From a virus (Duplodnaviria; Caudoviricetes): DNA of 34,992 nt. A program made the translations under genes and the position numbers. Below are positions 1 to 8,925 of this stretch, piece after piece. The notes beneath the pieces were generated by a model. The model worked only from the letters and a program-made list of their open reading frames with translations, did no database searches and had not been told where the DNA came from. How positions within the stretch are numbered: position 1 is the first letter of the stretch; every line of letters starts with the position of its first letter. The DNA lies in the IMG/VR virus record IMGVR_UViG_3300027828_000554, positions 1 through 34,992 of that record, one strand, 5' to 3'.

Positions 1-97
1 GAAGCTTGTCACTTCGACAGCCTCCGTAACCCCATGCTCAACGACGTAGGCTTCAAGATTGATTGAGTTCACAGCGAAGCTTGTCACTTCGACAGCC
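1..97. repeat. 22-bp direct repeat (GAAGCTTGTCACTTCGACAGCC), 75-bp period, coding (AVEVTSF)
   Basis: Identical copies at 1-22 and 76-97, in frame in the tail tip gene. Confidence 0.9.
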
Positions 98-720
98 GTC
101 TCTGAATAAACGGGATACGGCTTGCTGGTTAAAAACGTACCGACACACCTTTCGACCTCGAACCGATACTGAGGGATAGCGCCATTATTCGAGGTTAGAT
201 TTTCATCATCCACCACCATGTAGCAGGTGCCTCGATAGGGCGGAACCTCATCAACCCCAAAGGCGCCCTGAAGAACTGCTGACGGCTGCTGGTCGTAGTC
301 GCCCAGGAAGAATTCGACAATGTTGTGAAAGGCCTGACTGTTCTCGAAGATTGCTTTAAGGTTTTCAGGATACTCGCCTTGCGCATCTTGCCCTTCGTCA
401 TAAATCTTTTTATCAAAGACAAGCACGTTGTTACGCCACACCTTTGTTACCGCAGTCACTGGCCCTTCGCAAATTCGGATCGCGTAAGTTCGATAAACCT
501 CATCACTTTCTGTTTCTACGCCACCTCCCCCTTTGCCACCACTTTTTTGTCGAACCTCGACAATGCGTGGCTCTGCTGCTGCGATAACATTACCCACCAC
601 AGGGCGAACCGTTCCGAAGATGATCGGGCGCGGGACACCTTCTTTTGAGGTCTGAACCTTGAGCTGATTGAATCGCTGTCCTTCGACAACGGCGGTTTTA
701 CCAAATATTAACTGGCCCAT
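1..720 (-). CDS. Tail tip/host-specificity protein (GTA g15/Phage-tail_3-like), 5' part, runs off the window; missed by the ORF track
   Basis: ATG at 720, open to position 1 (240 codons): MGQLIFGKTAVVEGQRFNQLKVQTSKEGVPRPIIFGTVR...SGGKGGGG...YRTYAIRICEGPV...VPPYRGTCYMV...IPQYRFEV; follows the DUF2460-DUF2163-NlpC/P60 genes as in GTA-type tails. Confidence 0.85.
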   Translation of the reverse strand, partial: MGQLIFGKTAVVEGQRFNQLKVQTSKEGVPRPIIFGTVRPVVGNVIAAAEPRIVEVRQKSGGKGGGGVETESDEVYRTYAIRICEGPVTAVTKVWRNNVLVFDKKIYDEGQDAQGEYPENLKAIFENSQAFHNIVEFFLGDYDQQPSAVLQGAFGVDEVPPYRGTCYMVVDDENLTSNNGAIPQYRFEVERCVGTFLTSKPYPVYSETAVEVTSFAVNSINLEAYVVEHGVTEAVEVTSF

Positions 721-1139
721 GGGCTATAGGCCTCCACAAACATTCTTTGCCACTTCTTATCGAAGCCGTGCTCCATCACTTTATGTCCAGCGCGTGAATG
801 GATTAGGGATAATCCCCCATGACGACTTTCTGCAATTAGCCCGACGTGTGACGGATCTTGAGAAAATGCCTTAAACACCGCAATATCTCCAGGTTGATAA
901 TTCTCCACAGGCTCACCAAAGCGCTTTCTTAATTCGGCTTGTAGATTGTCGTTCCAGGGTTCGCGGCTATAGTGAGTCGTATCTTCCAGCTCCAGCCCTG
1001 CTTCTCGCAAAGACAACACCAGCAGCCCAATGCAGTCCACCGCCCAGGGCGAGCGCCCCTGATGCCGCCACTTAGCCCCTATCAGGCTTCGAGCGTAATT
1101 AATGGCCAGGCTTCTATTGCTGCTGAATTGGTTCGTCAT
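708..1139 (-). CDS. NlpC/P60-family tail-associated cell wall peptidase
   Basis: ARSLIGAKWRHQGR...VDCIGL (catalytic Cys), PGDI, SHVGL, LIHS; start probably ATG 1139 (ORF track 1169). Confidence 0.88.
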   Translation of the reverse strand: MTNQFSSNRSLAINYARSLIGAKWRHQGRSPWAVDCIGLLVLSLREAGLELEDTTHYSREPWNDNLQAELRKRFGEPVENYQPGDIAVFKAFSQDPSHVGLIAESRHGGLSLIHSRAGHKVMEHGFDKKWQRMFVEAYSPWAS

Positions 1140-2043
1140 TGTCTGTGTATCCACCGGTAAAGCCTCCACCTGTTGCTGTGCCAGGCGTATCCACAGCTTC
1201 GCCAGTTGGGATCAGGTTTTCACCTTTGAAATTAAGCATGTTGTCGTAGGTATCGCGACAGGTAGCAAATCGTTTGTCGCAGTCAGGCCGAATATCGAAA
1301 GTGTCATTGATTGATACCGGGAAAGGCAGGGGCTCCAATAGGGTGATTTGCCCAGTTGATTCATCGACGACTTCGACCTGGTATAGTCGTGTTGACGTAT
1401 TGTCACCACCCGTCCACTTAACCCTTGCCGGTGGCGTGATTCCAGCTACCGTGTTGCTAAAGAAGGTCACATTAGGCTCTTCGCTGGCTTCTGCTGTTAC
1501 TGTGTGCGATTCCCACAGGGCTTCTGCGTCAACCCCGCACCCTGTTTGAGAGTTGGCAGGGCTTCCAAATCGAGCACGGCAAGTGCGACTGTCAACAAGT
1601 CCAATGGTCTGTCTGAGCCGGGCGGTGAAGGAAAGAAGTTCAGGGATAAAGACTGTATCGCGCACTGCCTTGACTTCACCTACATCGCCGCGGTCGAGCA
1701 AGATATGTCCGTGGGTTAAGTCTGAGTAATTCACGATCATCATTTCCCAGGTGGCGTTATCCAGTTCGCCACGGTAAACCATGTCCGCTTCGATACCTGG
1801 AACGTATGCTGCGAACAGGGAATAACCTTCCGCGTTGTCCACACTAAAGCTTTCATCAGTCGATATAATGGAAGTGTCAAAGCCGTTCATAGCCTTATAG
1901 CTAAGCCCCTGGTATTCAACGTCGCGATCAAGCGTGGTCATTCCAAACTCACGTCCATCTTCCAGACGGATTTTTAGCAACCGGCAAAGCGTAGTTACGC
2001 CAGAATCAATATGGGCTTTGAGTGCTGCGGGAATGTTTCTCAC
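1114..2043 (-). CDS. DUF2163/BR0599 family tail hub protein
   Basis: TTLCRLLKI.LEDG...TTLDRD N-terminus; CRARFG...CGV, CDKRFATC...NMLNFKGE Cys motif. Confidence 0.88.
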   Translation of the reverse strand: MRNIPAALKAHIDSGVTTLCRLLKIRLEDGREFGMTTLDRDVEYQGLSYKAMNGFDTSIISTDESFSVDNAEGYSLFAAYVPGIEADMVYRGELDNATWEMMIVNYSDLTHGHILLDRGDVGEVKAVRDTVFIPELLSFTARLRQTIGLVDSRTCRARFGSPANSQTGCGVDAEALWESHTVTAEASEEPNVTFFSNTVAGITPPARVKWTGGDNTSTRLYQVEVVDESTGQITLLEPLPFPVSINDTFDIRPDCDKRFATCRDTYDNMLNFKGENLIPTGEAVDTPGTATGGGFTGGYTDNDEPIQQQ

Positions 2044-2645
2044 AAGCGAAGCTCCACAAGCTGAACGTCTGTATTGAGGATTAACTTACCACCCGAACGG
2101 TTGTCAGCACTGAAGCTGATCTCATCGCTATCAAATCTCATAGGTAAATCATATTCACCGGTCCAGGTGATTTCCTGCCCTGATGTGGCAGTCAAAGTAA
2201 CTATCCCCGTGGTGTAATCAATAGAATCTGGAGTAACAGGCGAACCATCAGCGAATACAGATACTTGCCCCTGCACTGGCTTGGATATCTTTTTAGCAGT
2301 GCTTAATGCTCCAAAGGTGTAGGTCTTGGTCAGCTGGTAGGTTTCCTGTGCGCCTGTGCCAAATCCTATTGGTTCATTAATCGCTTTATAATCAGACCAG
2401 TCTTTTACTCTGAGGCCGATCAGCATCCCTTTGCAGGCATGATGTGCGGCAATCACAATATGATGGTCATCTTCATCTATGTTCTGAAAAATCAAAGAAC
2501 AACTGGCCAGTGGAAGATCCCATTCGGCATTCCTTCGTTCCACGCCTGAGCGTAGTTCTTCTATGCGCGTTTTGTAGCTGTGACCGAACTCAGAGCCATA
2601 GGCTACCCGGTCTAATAATCGCGATTCGTTAAACACCGACACCAT
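2040..2645 (-). CDS. DUF2460/TIGR02217 family distal tail protein
   Basis: AYGSEFG..YKTRI....SGVERRNAEW, KDWSDY, GEYDLPMRFDSD; directly after the tape measure gene. Confidence 0.88.
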   Translation of the reverse strand: MVSVFNESRLLDRVAYGSEFGHSYKTRIEELRSGVERRNAEWDLPLASCSLIFQNIDEDDHHIVIAAHHACKGMLIGLRVKDWSDYKAINEPIGFGTGAQETYQLTKTYTFGALSTAKKISKPVQGQVSVFADGSPVTPDSIDYTTGIVTLTATSGQEITWTGEYDLPMRFDSDEISFSADNRSGGKLILNTDVQLVELRL

Positions 2646-5151
2646 ACCTCTTAGCGGTTACTCTTTGTTGTTTTGCGGAATCCTGGGCGATTTGTTTCGA
2701 AGTCCTACGGTCTGGCTTACCTTGAACATTGATGGTCTGGTTCACACCACCACCGGTTCGACCGTTGCCCATGCTGTTCATGACGCGATCCAGAGTATTG
2801 TCCAGCTTGGCACTGGTGTTAGCGGTCGTTACCCGCTCACCTTTTTCAAGCAACCAGGTGCCAGTCTCGGGCACAGAATCGAGACCATCGTGAGCCATAC
2901 CCATGACGCCTGCAGCAGCACCCGCACCTGTGACCATTACCGCACCGAATGCAGCAGCGCCGAGGAATGGGCCAACATAAGGGATTGATGCCAGGGCGTT
3001 GTATGCGCCCATTGCCGCGTCATAGGTGTTTGTCCAGATAGACTCAATAGAGTCCATTTTCTTTTCGTCAAGAAGCGTCTTGCCTATTTGAATGGCAGCT
3101 CTCGCATAGGCCGCTTCTTTGCCTTCCATTCCATCGAAGTATTGCCCCATGATGTCCAGCAGCGCCATATAGCCTTCTTCACGCTGCTGGCGTCTTAACT
3201 CTTCGTTTTCACGTTCTATTTCATTTTGACGTTCCTGGTATTCCTGCTTTAATTCAGCTTCCTTTTCATCCCACTGAGCGTTGAGGTCAGCGCGCTCCTT
3301 GCGGAAGGTATCGAGCATATCAAGCTGCTCTGCATACCAATCTTCAAGTTCACTTCTGGATTCGTCGATTCCTTCCTGGTCTTTGCTTTTGCCAAGTTCC
3401 GGCGCCTCTCCAAAGGCATCGTCAACAATGCGGCCTAGCGTGTTGTTACGCTGATCATCGGTCAAATCACCCATCGCATCGAGAATAGCCAGGCGTTCAC
3501 GCATCTGATCGGCCAGCTGCTCTTCTTCCGTGCGAAGTTCGCCAACCAGGTTCTTATAATCTTCTTCTTTCTTAATACGCTGTTCGTAGGCTTTAATCTG
3601 TTCCTGAGCGGCTTCTACGGATGCAATCTGAGCATCGGTGGCACCCATCTGCTCAAGGTTGTATACAGCCAACTGTTCACTGGAAAGCCCCAGGGTCTTA
3701 GCCTGTTTCTCCCATTCCGCCACCTGGTTGGAAATCTCAGCTGTTAATCGTTCAGCTTCTTCACGAGCAGCTTTTTGTCGCTCTTCGGCTTTCTTCATTG
3801 CCTCGCTAACAAACTTCTGATCAATGTCAATACCAAAGACTCTGGGAGTCATCGGGCCTGCTGACTGGCCACTTGGGCCCTCTTCCTCGCTATCCTTCTT
3901 TAATTCTGCGGTGTTAGCTAACGCCTTATTAAAAGACTCGAGTACGTTTTTCTGGCGCTCAATGTTGAGGGTGTTGACACCCAAGAAGTTCATTTCTTCC
4001 AGGTCTTCTAGATGGGACGTTATTCTTGCAATCTCAGCCTCTAGATCAGAACGGCTAAGAGGATTTCCAAGAGCATCCAGACCTTTTTCAAAATTACCAA
4101 CTGTGCCTTGAAGCTGCTTAATTCTCGCTTCAGTTTCAGCAATGTATTCGTCCGAAAGTAGAGCCTCCCCGAAAGTGGCCCAGCGCTCACGTCTATTAGA
4201 TAAACGCTCCAATTCCTTGATTGAGCGCTCGTAGTCGTCAAGTGCAGCACCACCTGAGAACGCGGCCAGATCATCCGATATAGATTTGATTGAGGATGAG
4301 AACTCAGCAGCAAACTCAATGGTTAGAGTGGTTACATCGATAAGAGCACCGGCGATGCCCTTGATTCCTTCTATCACAGTTGGATCGCTTAAGGTCTCCA
4401 TCATGTCGTTAATGGCAGGAACAGCAGCCAGAACGATTTCATTTTTCACGCCAGTTAAGGTTGATTTGAAATCAAGAATAGTGCGGTCGAGCTCTGCCAG
4501 CTCTTCGAAGTCCATGTCAGAAAAGACATTGCCGGTGCGCTCAGCTTCATCACCTAAATTCTTAAGTTCTTTGCCGCTTTTGGATAGCAGGGGAAGGAGT
4601 TTTGTGGCATCTGATGCAATGGCTTCCATATAGAAGACCATGTCAGATTGAGAGACATTGGCGGCTTCAAGGGAATCAACGTAAAGCTGTAATGCCTGGT
4701 CGCCGGAAAGATTTTTGAATTCGTTGGCAGTGACGCCTACCAAAGGCGCGATATTCTCGAAGAAGTCTTTTAATGGGCCACCACCGGTTTGCAGGAAGTC
4801 ACCTACCTTGTCATTAACATCCTTTAAGATATCTGCGACTTTTTCCTGCTCAACGCCATAGCGAGACGCGGCGAAGGTCATGCGCTGGAAGTCTTGTGAA
4901 TTGGTGTTGGCTACCTTCGAAAGGTTTTGGATTTCTCTGGCAGAACTGGCCGTTTGAACAGTAAAGGCAGCTAAGGCTGTGACACCACCGGCTAGCATGG
5001 TACCAACGGCGGCACCCAAATCCTTTGCATGCTTACGCATCTTGTTGGAAGTGTTTTTTGACTTCCTTTCAGCTGCGTCCATGCCTCGCTCAAAGCCACC
5101 AATCTTTGCGACTAAGTCAAGTGTGAGTGTGCCTAATGAACGTGATGCCAT
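2629..5151 (-). CDS. Tail tape measure protein (840 aa)
   Basis: MASRSLGTLTLDLVAKIGGF N-terminus, long Ala/Glu-rich helical body, C-terminal GMAHDG..SVP..GTWLL.KGERV motif. Confidence 0.93.
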   Translation of the reverse strand: MASRSLGTLTLDLVAKIGGFERGMDAAERKSKNTSNKMRKHAKDLGAAVGTMLAGGVTALAAFTVQTASSAREIQNLSKVANTNSQDFQRMTFAASRYGVEQEKVADILKDVNDKVGDFLQTGGGPLKDFFENIAPLVGVTANEFKNLSGDQALQLYVDSLEAANVSQSDMVFYMEAIASDATKLLPLLSKSGKELKNLGDEAERTGNVFSDMDFEELAELDRTILDFKSTLTGVKNEIVLAAVPAINDMMETLSDPTVIEGIKGIAGALIDVTTLTIEFAAEFSSSIKSISDDLAAFSGGAALDDYERSIKELERLSNRRERWATFGEALLSDEYIAETEARIKQLQGTVGNFEKGLDALGNPLSRSDLEAEIARITSHLEDLEEMNFLGVNTLNIERQKNVLESFNKALANTAELKKDSEEEGPSGQSAGPMTPRVFGIDIDQKFVSEAMKKAEERQKAAREEAERLTAEISNQVAEWEKQAKTLGLSSEQLAVYNLEQMGATDAQIASVEAAQEQIKAYEQRIKKEEDYKNLVGELRTEEEQLADQMRERLAILDAMGDLTDDQRNNTLGRIVDDAFGEAPELGKSKDQEGIDESRSELEDWYAEQLDMLDTFRKERADLNAQWDEKEAELKQEYQERQNEIERENEELRRQQREEGYMALLDIMGQYFDGMEGKEAAYARAAIQIGKTLLDEKKMDSIESIWTNTYDAAMGAYNALASIPYVGPFLGAAAFGAVMVTGAGAAAGVMGMAHDGLDSVPETGTWLLEKGERVTTANTSAKLDNTLDRVMNSMGNGRTGGGVNQTINVQGKPDRRTSKQIAQDSAKQQRVTAKRYGVGV

Positions 5152-5466
5152 CTAAAGTGCCTTATAAAAATCTTCGATTGATACTTCTTTGGGTTCGGGC
5201 TTATCAAAGTGCGGTGTAAAATCCCACATGCTGAATTTTTTATTTTTGGATAAAGAAGTTGAGTACACAGCAGAGAAGCTTGCAACACTCAGTTCGGTCA
5301 TAACCCCTGGGTTCAGGCTTCCGCGTATACTCCGGTAAAAAGCCCAAGCCAAGAACTCCTGATAGGAAAGGTTTTCTTTTGCTTCAGCGATGGTGCGCCC
5401 ACCGACACCGTTTAGAACTAGTTCGTGCCAGAGTTCTTCTTCGTCTGTGAGCTCGTGGTCTTTCCC
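5152..5466 (-). CDS. Tail assembly chaperone gpGT C-terminal part (-1 frame)
   Basis: Frame open from GGGAAAG (5466-5460): GKDHELTDEEELWHELVLNGVGGRTIAEAKENLSYQEFLAWAFYRSIRGSLN... to the stop at 5152. Confidence 0.88.
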   Translation of the reverse strand, partial: GKDHELTDEEELWHELVLNGVGGRTIAEAKENLSYQEFLAWAFYRSIRGSLNPGVMTELSVASFSAVYSTSLSKNKKFSMWDFTPHFDKPEPKEVSIEDFYKAL

Positions 5467-5804
5467 AGATTGTTGACCTCATTAATGACATTCATTAATG
5501 CTGCTGTCAGACTAAAGTTTAAGGGGCCGCGCTCAGGGTCGTTTTCACCGGTGATGTCTCCGATGTCGAAGATTGGTTTCCCATCTTCATCAAGAATACT
5601 TGAGGCAATGCGTGATGCCATAAGGTCAGATTTGTTCTTACGATAATGCTCTGCTTCGAGCTTACCTTCCTGATAAGACAGTCTTCGAACAAAAACCGTG
5701 AACGTGTGCTCTTGGTCGCCCTGCTTCCAGGTCACTTCTTTTTCAACTGGAGCTCCCGAAAAGGAGCCCAGTTCTTTCAGTTTATCGAGGCTAAGTTTTT
5801 CCAT
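5418..5804 (-). CDS. Tail assembly chaperone gpG
   Basis: Lies between the tail tube and tape measure genes; ends ...EVNNLGK with the slippery heptamer. Confidence 0.88.
   Translation of the reverse strand: MEKLSLDKLKELGSFSGAPVEKEVTWKQGDQEHTFTVFVRRLSYQEGKLEAEHYRKNKSDLMASRIASSILDEDGKPIFDIGDITGENDPERGPLNFSLTAALMNVINEVNNLGKTTSSQTKKNSGTN
5460..5466 (-). other. -1 programmed frameshift site G GGA AAG
   Basis: Same heptamer as lambda G/GT, in the correct phase (CTG GGA AAG). Confidence 0.9.
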
Positions 5805-5808
5805 TTGA

Positions 5809-6282
5809 TTAAGCTACTTTGGCAGTTAGAGTTGCTTTACCAGAACGCTGAACAGGAATGTTCGACGCGACCAAAGAGTTCATTTGGAAGTCAAATGGGA
5901 AGTCCACGATGTAGCCTTCGAAGCTTAACCAGCTGCGCGTGGTTGGGAAAACAAAATCACCGTTAGAATCAACCGTTGGAGCATCCGTTCCATCTGACCA
6001 GCCGATCGCCATTGATAAGTTATCAATAGTGTCGTCTTGAGAGAGCTCATGCAGACGCTTGTGGCTAGCAATGCTTGGGTCAGCATTGATAGTGATAGCC
6101 GCCTGGCCAGGTGTTCTTAGGCCTTTTTTGTATTTGCGGTCCTGATCTTCCAGACAAGTATCATCCAGTTGATCAGCGGGGTTGCCGCCTGCGTTCATTG
6201 ATGTAGCACAGGCTACTGTGATCACGGTGTCATCTGCTGGGTCGATGATGTACAGCTGAGTGCCTTGGGTCTTCTTACTCAT
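5809..6282 (-). CDS. Major tail (tube) protein
   Basis: KTQGTQLY, DQLDDTCLED...GLRTPG, F.GY..DFPFDF..NSLV...QRSG; position after the tail terminator gene. Confidence 0.88.
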   Translation of the reverse strand: MSKKTQGTQLYIIDPADDTVITVACATSMNAGGNPADQLDDTCLEDQDRKYKKGLRTPGQAAITINADPSIASHKRLHELSQDDTIDNLSMAIGWSDGTDAPTVDSNGDFVFPTTRSWLSFEGYIVDFPFDFQMNSLVASNIPVQRSGKATLTAKVA

Positions 6283-6288
6283 AACAAG

Positions 6289-6651
6289 TTACCTCGATGT
6301 TATAAAGTTGGTGTCGAAAGAAAATTCAAAAAGATTGGTGTCGGGGTCGCGGTCTTCGCGGCCCCAGGCGGTTATATGTGCTATTGGTTCAAATGCATCG
6401 CGCAAAGCAATGGCCGCTTCTCGACAGCTCTCGACGGTATCGCCGTAGATATCGATCTGAATTAGGTTGTAGTCAGCATCAGGTGTCTGATTAATGTAGT
6501 TTTCGGGACTGCCGCTGATGTTCTGATAAACAGCATAAGGCTTTGCTGCGCCCTGTCTGGCTTTACCAAACGGCCAGATCCTCGGTTCTGCACCAAGCAC
6601 GGCAACAACCCCCGCGTCGTTGACACAGGTTTGATAAATCGGAGGGAACAT
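6289..6651 (-). CDS. Tail terminator/completion protein (DUF3168-like)
   Basis: RIWPFGKA.Q....PYAVYQ.ISGSPENY, IQIDIYG; synteny. Confidence 0.85.
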   Translation of the reverse strand: MFPPIYQTCVNDAGVVAVLGAEPRIWPFGKARQGAAKPYAVYQNISGSPENYINQTPDADYNLIQIDIYGDTVESCREAAIALRDAFEPIAHITAWGREDRDPDTNLFEFSFDTNFITSR

Positions 6652-7142
6652 TACTGGGCCTTTTTCTTCTGAGCTCTCTTTAGAGCTCTATCAATTGCTT
6701 TGCTGTATTGAGTGGCGAACACATCAACGACCTCACCTGTGCTCTGCTCTCCAGCCGGACGCATAAAAGGCTGCGCCTTGTGGTTATGGGTACCGAATTC
6801 GTGATAGCGCCAGTGCCTGGTATCTTTGCCCGGGTTGCCTTCGTAGTATTCAGAAGGCTTGGGGCCACCCGCACCACCCATGACACCTACCCGAAACTTC
6901 AAATCCCCTTTGGCTTTAAAGAATCGACCAGACCAACGAACCGCAATGTTCTTAGCAATGTTCGCTGCAGTTGCAGGGTCATCTATTCGTAGAGCGCCCT
7001 CTTTGGCTTTCTGGGCAACTAGGTTTGCAGCCTTTCTTAAAGCAAAGCGGCCGCCCTTATATTTAATATCGTGATTGACAGCGTCCAGCTTCCCAAGCAG
7101 CTCATCCATTCCGACCAATGAAAAATCAACACCATCAGACAT
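6651..7142 (-). CDS. HK97 gp10-family tail completion protein
   Basis: GMDELLGKL, RFALRKAAN, HWRYHEFGT....AQPFMRPA; likely start ATG 7142 overlapping the methyltransferase stop. Confidence 0.85.
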   Translation of the reverse strand: MSDGVDFSLVGMDELLGKLDAVNHDIKYKGGRFALRKAANLVAQKAKEGALRIDDPATAANIAKNIAVRWSGRFFKAKGDLKFRVGVMGGAGGPKPSEYYEGNPGKDTRHWRYHEFGTHNHKAQPFMRPAGEQSTGEVVDVFATQYSKAIDRALKRAQKKKAQ

Positions 7143-7758
7143 GCTTGAACCTATGGAATGCAAAGCTTTCGATTTCTTCTCGACCAATCTCTGTTTCAAA
7201 GTCAGAAGATGAAATCAAATTAAACCCGTTGCGGAAAAACCACTTAATTAAGCCTTCCCGAGTCCAGTACCATAGATGCTCGCCTGGTCGATAATGCTTG
7301 GACTTAAGGACGTGTTCGCCACCTTTATAGATGGGCATCGATACAAAGACCCATTCTTCAGCCTGAGCAATCAGGTCTTCGGGTTTGGTAATATGTTCTA
7401 GCGAGTCCCAGCAGGTTATTGCTCGGACTGAAAAACGGTATGGATCACAGAATCGATTACGACTTTCAAGCCAGGCTATAGCATGTTCATTCACGTCAAA
7501 GCCTAAGCCGCCGATTTCTTCAACAAAGCGCCCGGCGCCGATTCCTATATCAACAACTAAGCCATCGTAGTTCTTTCTTACAAAATCAATCCGGGCTTGC
7601 GTGAGGGCTTCGCCCATGTCGCTATCATCCATCACCTGGTATTTCTGCCAGTAGTCCTCTTGATAACTCATAGCTTCAGCCGTGTGATAGCCCATACCTA
7701 ATTCAGGCAGCCACACCAAGGCATCACCTTCATGCTTTAAAGTGTTGTTTCTATCCAT
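7135..7758 (-). CDS. Class I SAM-dependent methyltransferase
   Basis: Motif I VVDIGIGAGRF, GFDVN, ITCWDSLEHI..P, EHLWYWT..GL; resembles small-molecule/glycan methyltransferases and lacks DNA MTase DPPY/PC motifs. Confidence 0.85.
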   Translation of the reverse strand: MDRNNTLKHEGDALVWLPELGMGYHTAEAMSYQEDYWQKYQVMDDSDMGEALTQARIDFVRKNYDGLVVDIGIGAGRFVEEIGGLGFDVNEHAIAWLESRNRFCDPYRFSVRAITCWDSLEHITKPEDLIAQAEEWVFVSMPIYKGGEHVLKSKHYRPGEHLWYWTREGLIKWFFRNGFNLISSSDFETEIGREEIESFAFHRFKHV

Positions 7759-8570
7759 CGGCTTAGCTTCTCTGAGTAATCGGAAATTGTTTTATCGCAG
7801 TCGTGCAGCATCTGCCTGCACATACAGAAGTTATCTGGCATTGCCCAGGTGATTGAGTCGTTCGGATAATCAATCTGTTTAAGTTGCTTGGGGTGGTTGA
7901 AGGTACCGTGGCCACCCAGCACCACCCATGACGGGACTTTGTAGGCCAATGACGTTGGCACTATCCAGCCCACACCGCCAATCAAACCTTTGGCGTTAGC
8001 ACAAAGAGCCATCAACTGCTTGATGCTTAGTTCGCCTTTATGAAATTCGATGTCAGCGTTTAGCTGGTTACCAACCAACCATTCTTTACCTTCTTCCAAA
8101 TCAGCAACGCTCACCACCTTTAAGCCCTTGGCTTTAATAGCTTCGACAGCTTCTGCAATATATTCAGGCTCTGGATTGCGGCTAACTGCCTTCCACTCCT
8201 GGCGGAGTGTCACCGGGCGAACGACAACGTAATCACCTTTAACCGGCGATTCTCCATAGTCGGGCAAGTCCATTTCGCAGGGCTTTTTGCCAAATGCCAG
8301 CGACAGGCCTTTGATAATTCCGTGCGCTCCATAGCTAATGGGCTTTGGCGTAGCCTCAGGAGCTGGTTGCCAGCGTCGATAGTTATCAGCGTTCTTTTTC
8401 TGGGTTCTAAGCTTTGTAACCGGTTTAACCGGAATCACATGAGACAGATCCTCGTAGAGCTCTGGCCATGAGGTTACAAAGTAAACTTGGTTCGTTTCTT
8501 TCTTCAGAAAGGCTCGCTGGTAAATGCTGTCACCCAGCCCAAGCATCCCTCTGAAGTATTTATTCACCAT
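7737..8570 (-). CDS. Glycosyltransferase, GT9 (heptosyltransferase)-like GT-B fold
   Basis: N-terminal GLGDSIY, YVVVRP, LSIKQLMALCANAKGLIGGVG...SLAYKVPSWVVLGG, C-terminal C-x-C...C cluster. Confidence 0.75.
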   Translation of the reverse strand: MVNKYFRGMLGLGDSIYQRAFLKKETNQVYFVTSWPELYEDLSHVIPVKPVTKLRTQKKNADNYRRWQPAPEATPKPISYGAHGIIKGLSLAFGKKPCEMDLPDYGESPVKGDYVVVRPVTLRQEWKAVSRNPEPEYIAEAVEAIKAKGLKVVSVADLEEGKEWLVGNQLNADIEFHKGELSIKQLMALCANAKGLIGGVGWIVPTSLAYKVPSWVVLGGHGTFNHPKQLKQIDYPNDSITWAMPDNFCMCRQMLHDCDKTISDYSEKLSRWIETTL

Positions 8571-8925
8571 CGTTCACACCCGTTGAACATTGTGTTCGGT
8601 ATTCGTGGCGGTTGGTTGCATCCATTTCGATGCCTTCGATATTAAAGACCTGTCCGTTCCAGATAATGCGCATTTCCTGCGTTAAGCCGGGAAACCAGCG
8701 GAAGTTAATACGGGCACTGATTTCACTCTGCGGAGCATTAGACTCCCGGAACTCTCTGCCTGGCCCCGTCAAAACCTCAGCGGGTACCGCGTTCAATAAG
8801 GTGTTGGAGTTTAGAGCCACTGTTGACCAGGTTACGATATCGGCTCCAGAGTCAGGGTCGCGACTTTTAGCTTTCTCCTGTATCTCAATTCGGTGGCGAT
8901 ATTTGCCAGGCTTTACACCGCGCAT
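8560..8925 (-). CDS. Head closure (stopper) protein, SPP1 gp16-like
   Basis: GKYRHRIEIQ, GREF, RINFRW.PGL..EMRIIWNG..FNI. Confidence 0.88.
   Translation of the reverse strand: MRGVKPGKYRHRIEIQEKAKSRDPDSGADIVTWSTVALNSNTLLNAVPAEVLTGPGREFRESNAPQSEISARINFRWFPGLTQEMRIIWNGQVFNIEGIEMDATNRHEYRTQCSTGVNDGE

Noticed and set aside
1-97. Possible CRISPR repeat-spacer-repeat (22-bp repeat with a small TGTC/GACA hairpin)
   Set aside because: Only two copies, the 75-bp period keeps the reading frame of the tail tip gene, and there are no cas genes
7135-7758. Methyltransferase as a DNA-modifying or restriction-modification enzyme
   Set aside because: Lacks DPPY/NPPY or PC/ENV motifs; WDSLEH-type motif fits small-molecule/glycan MTases
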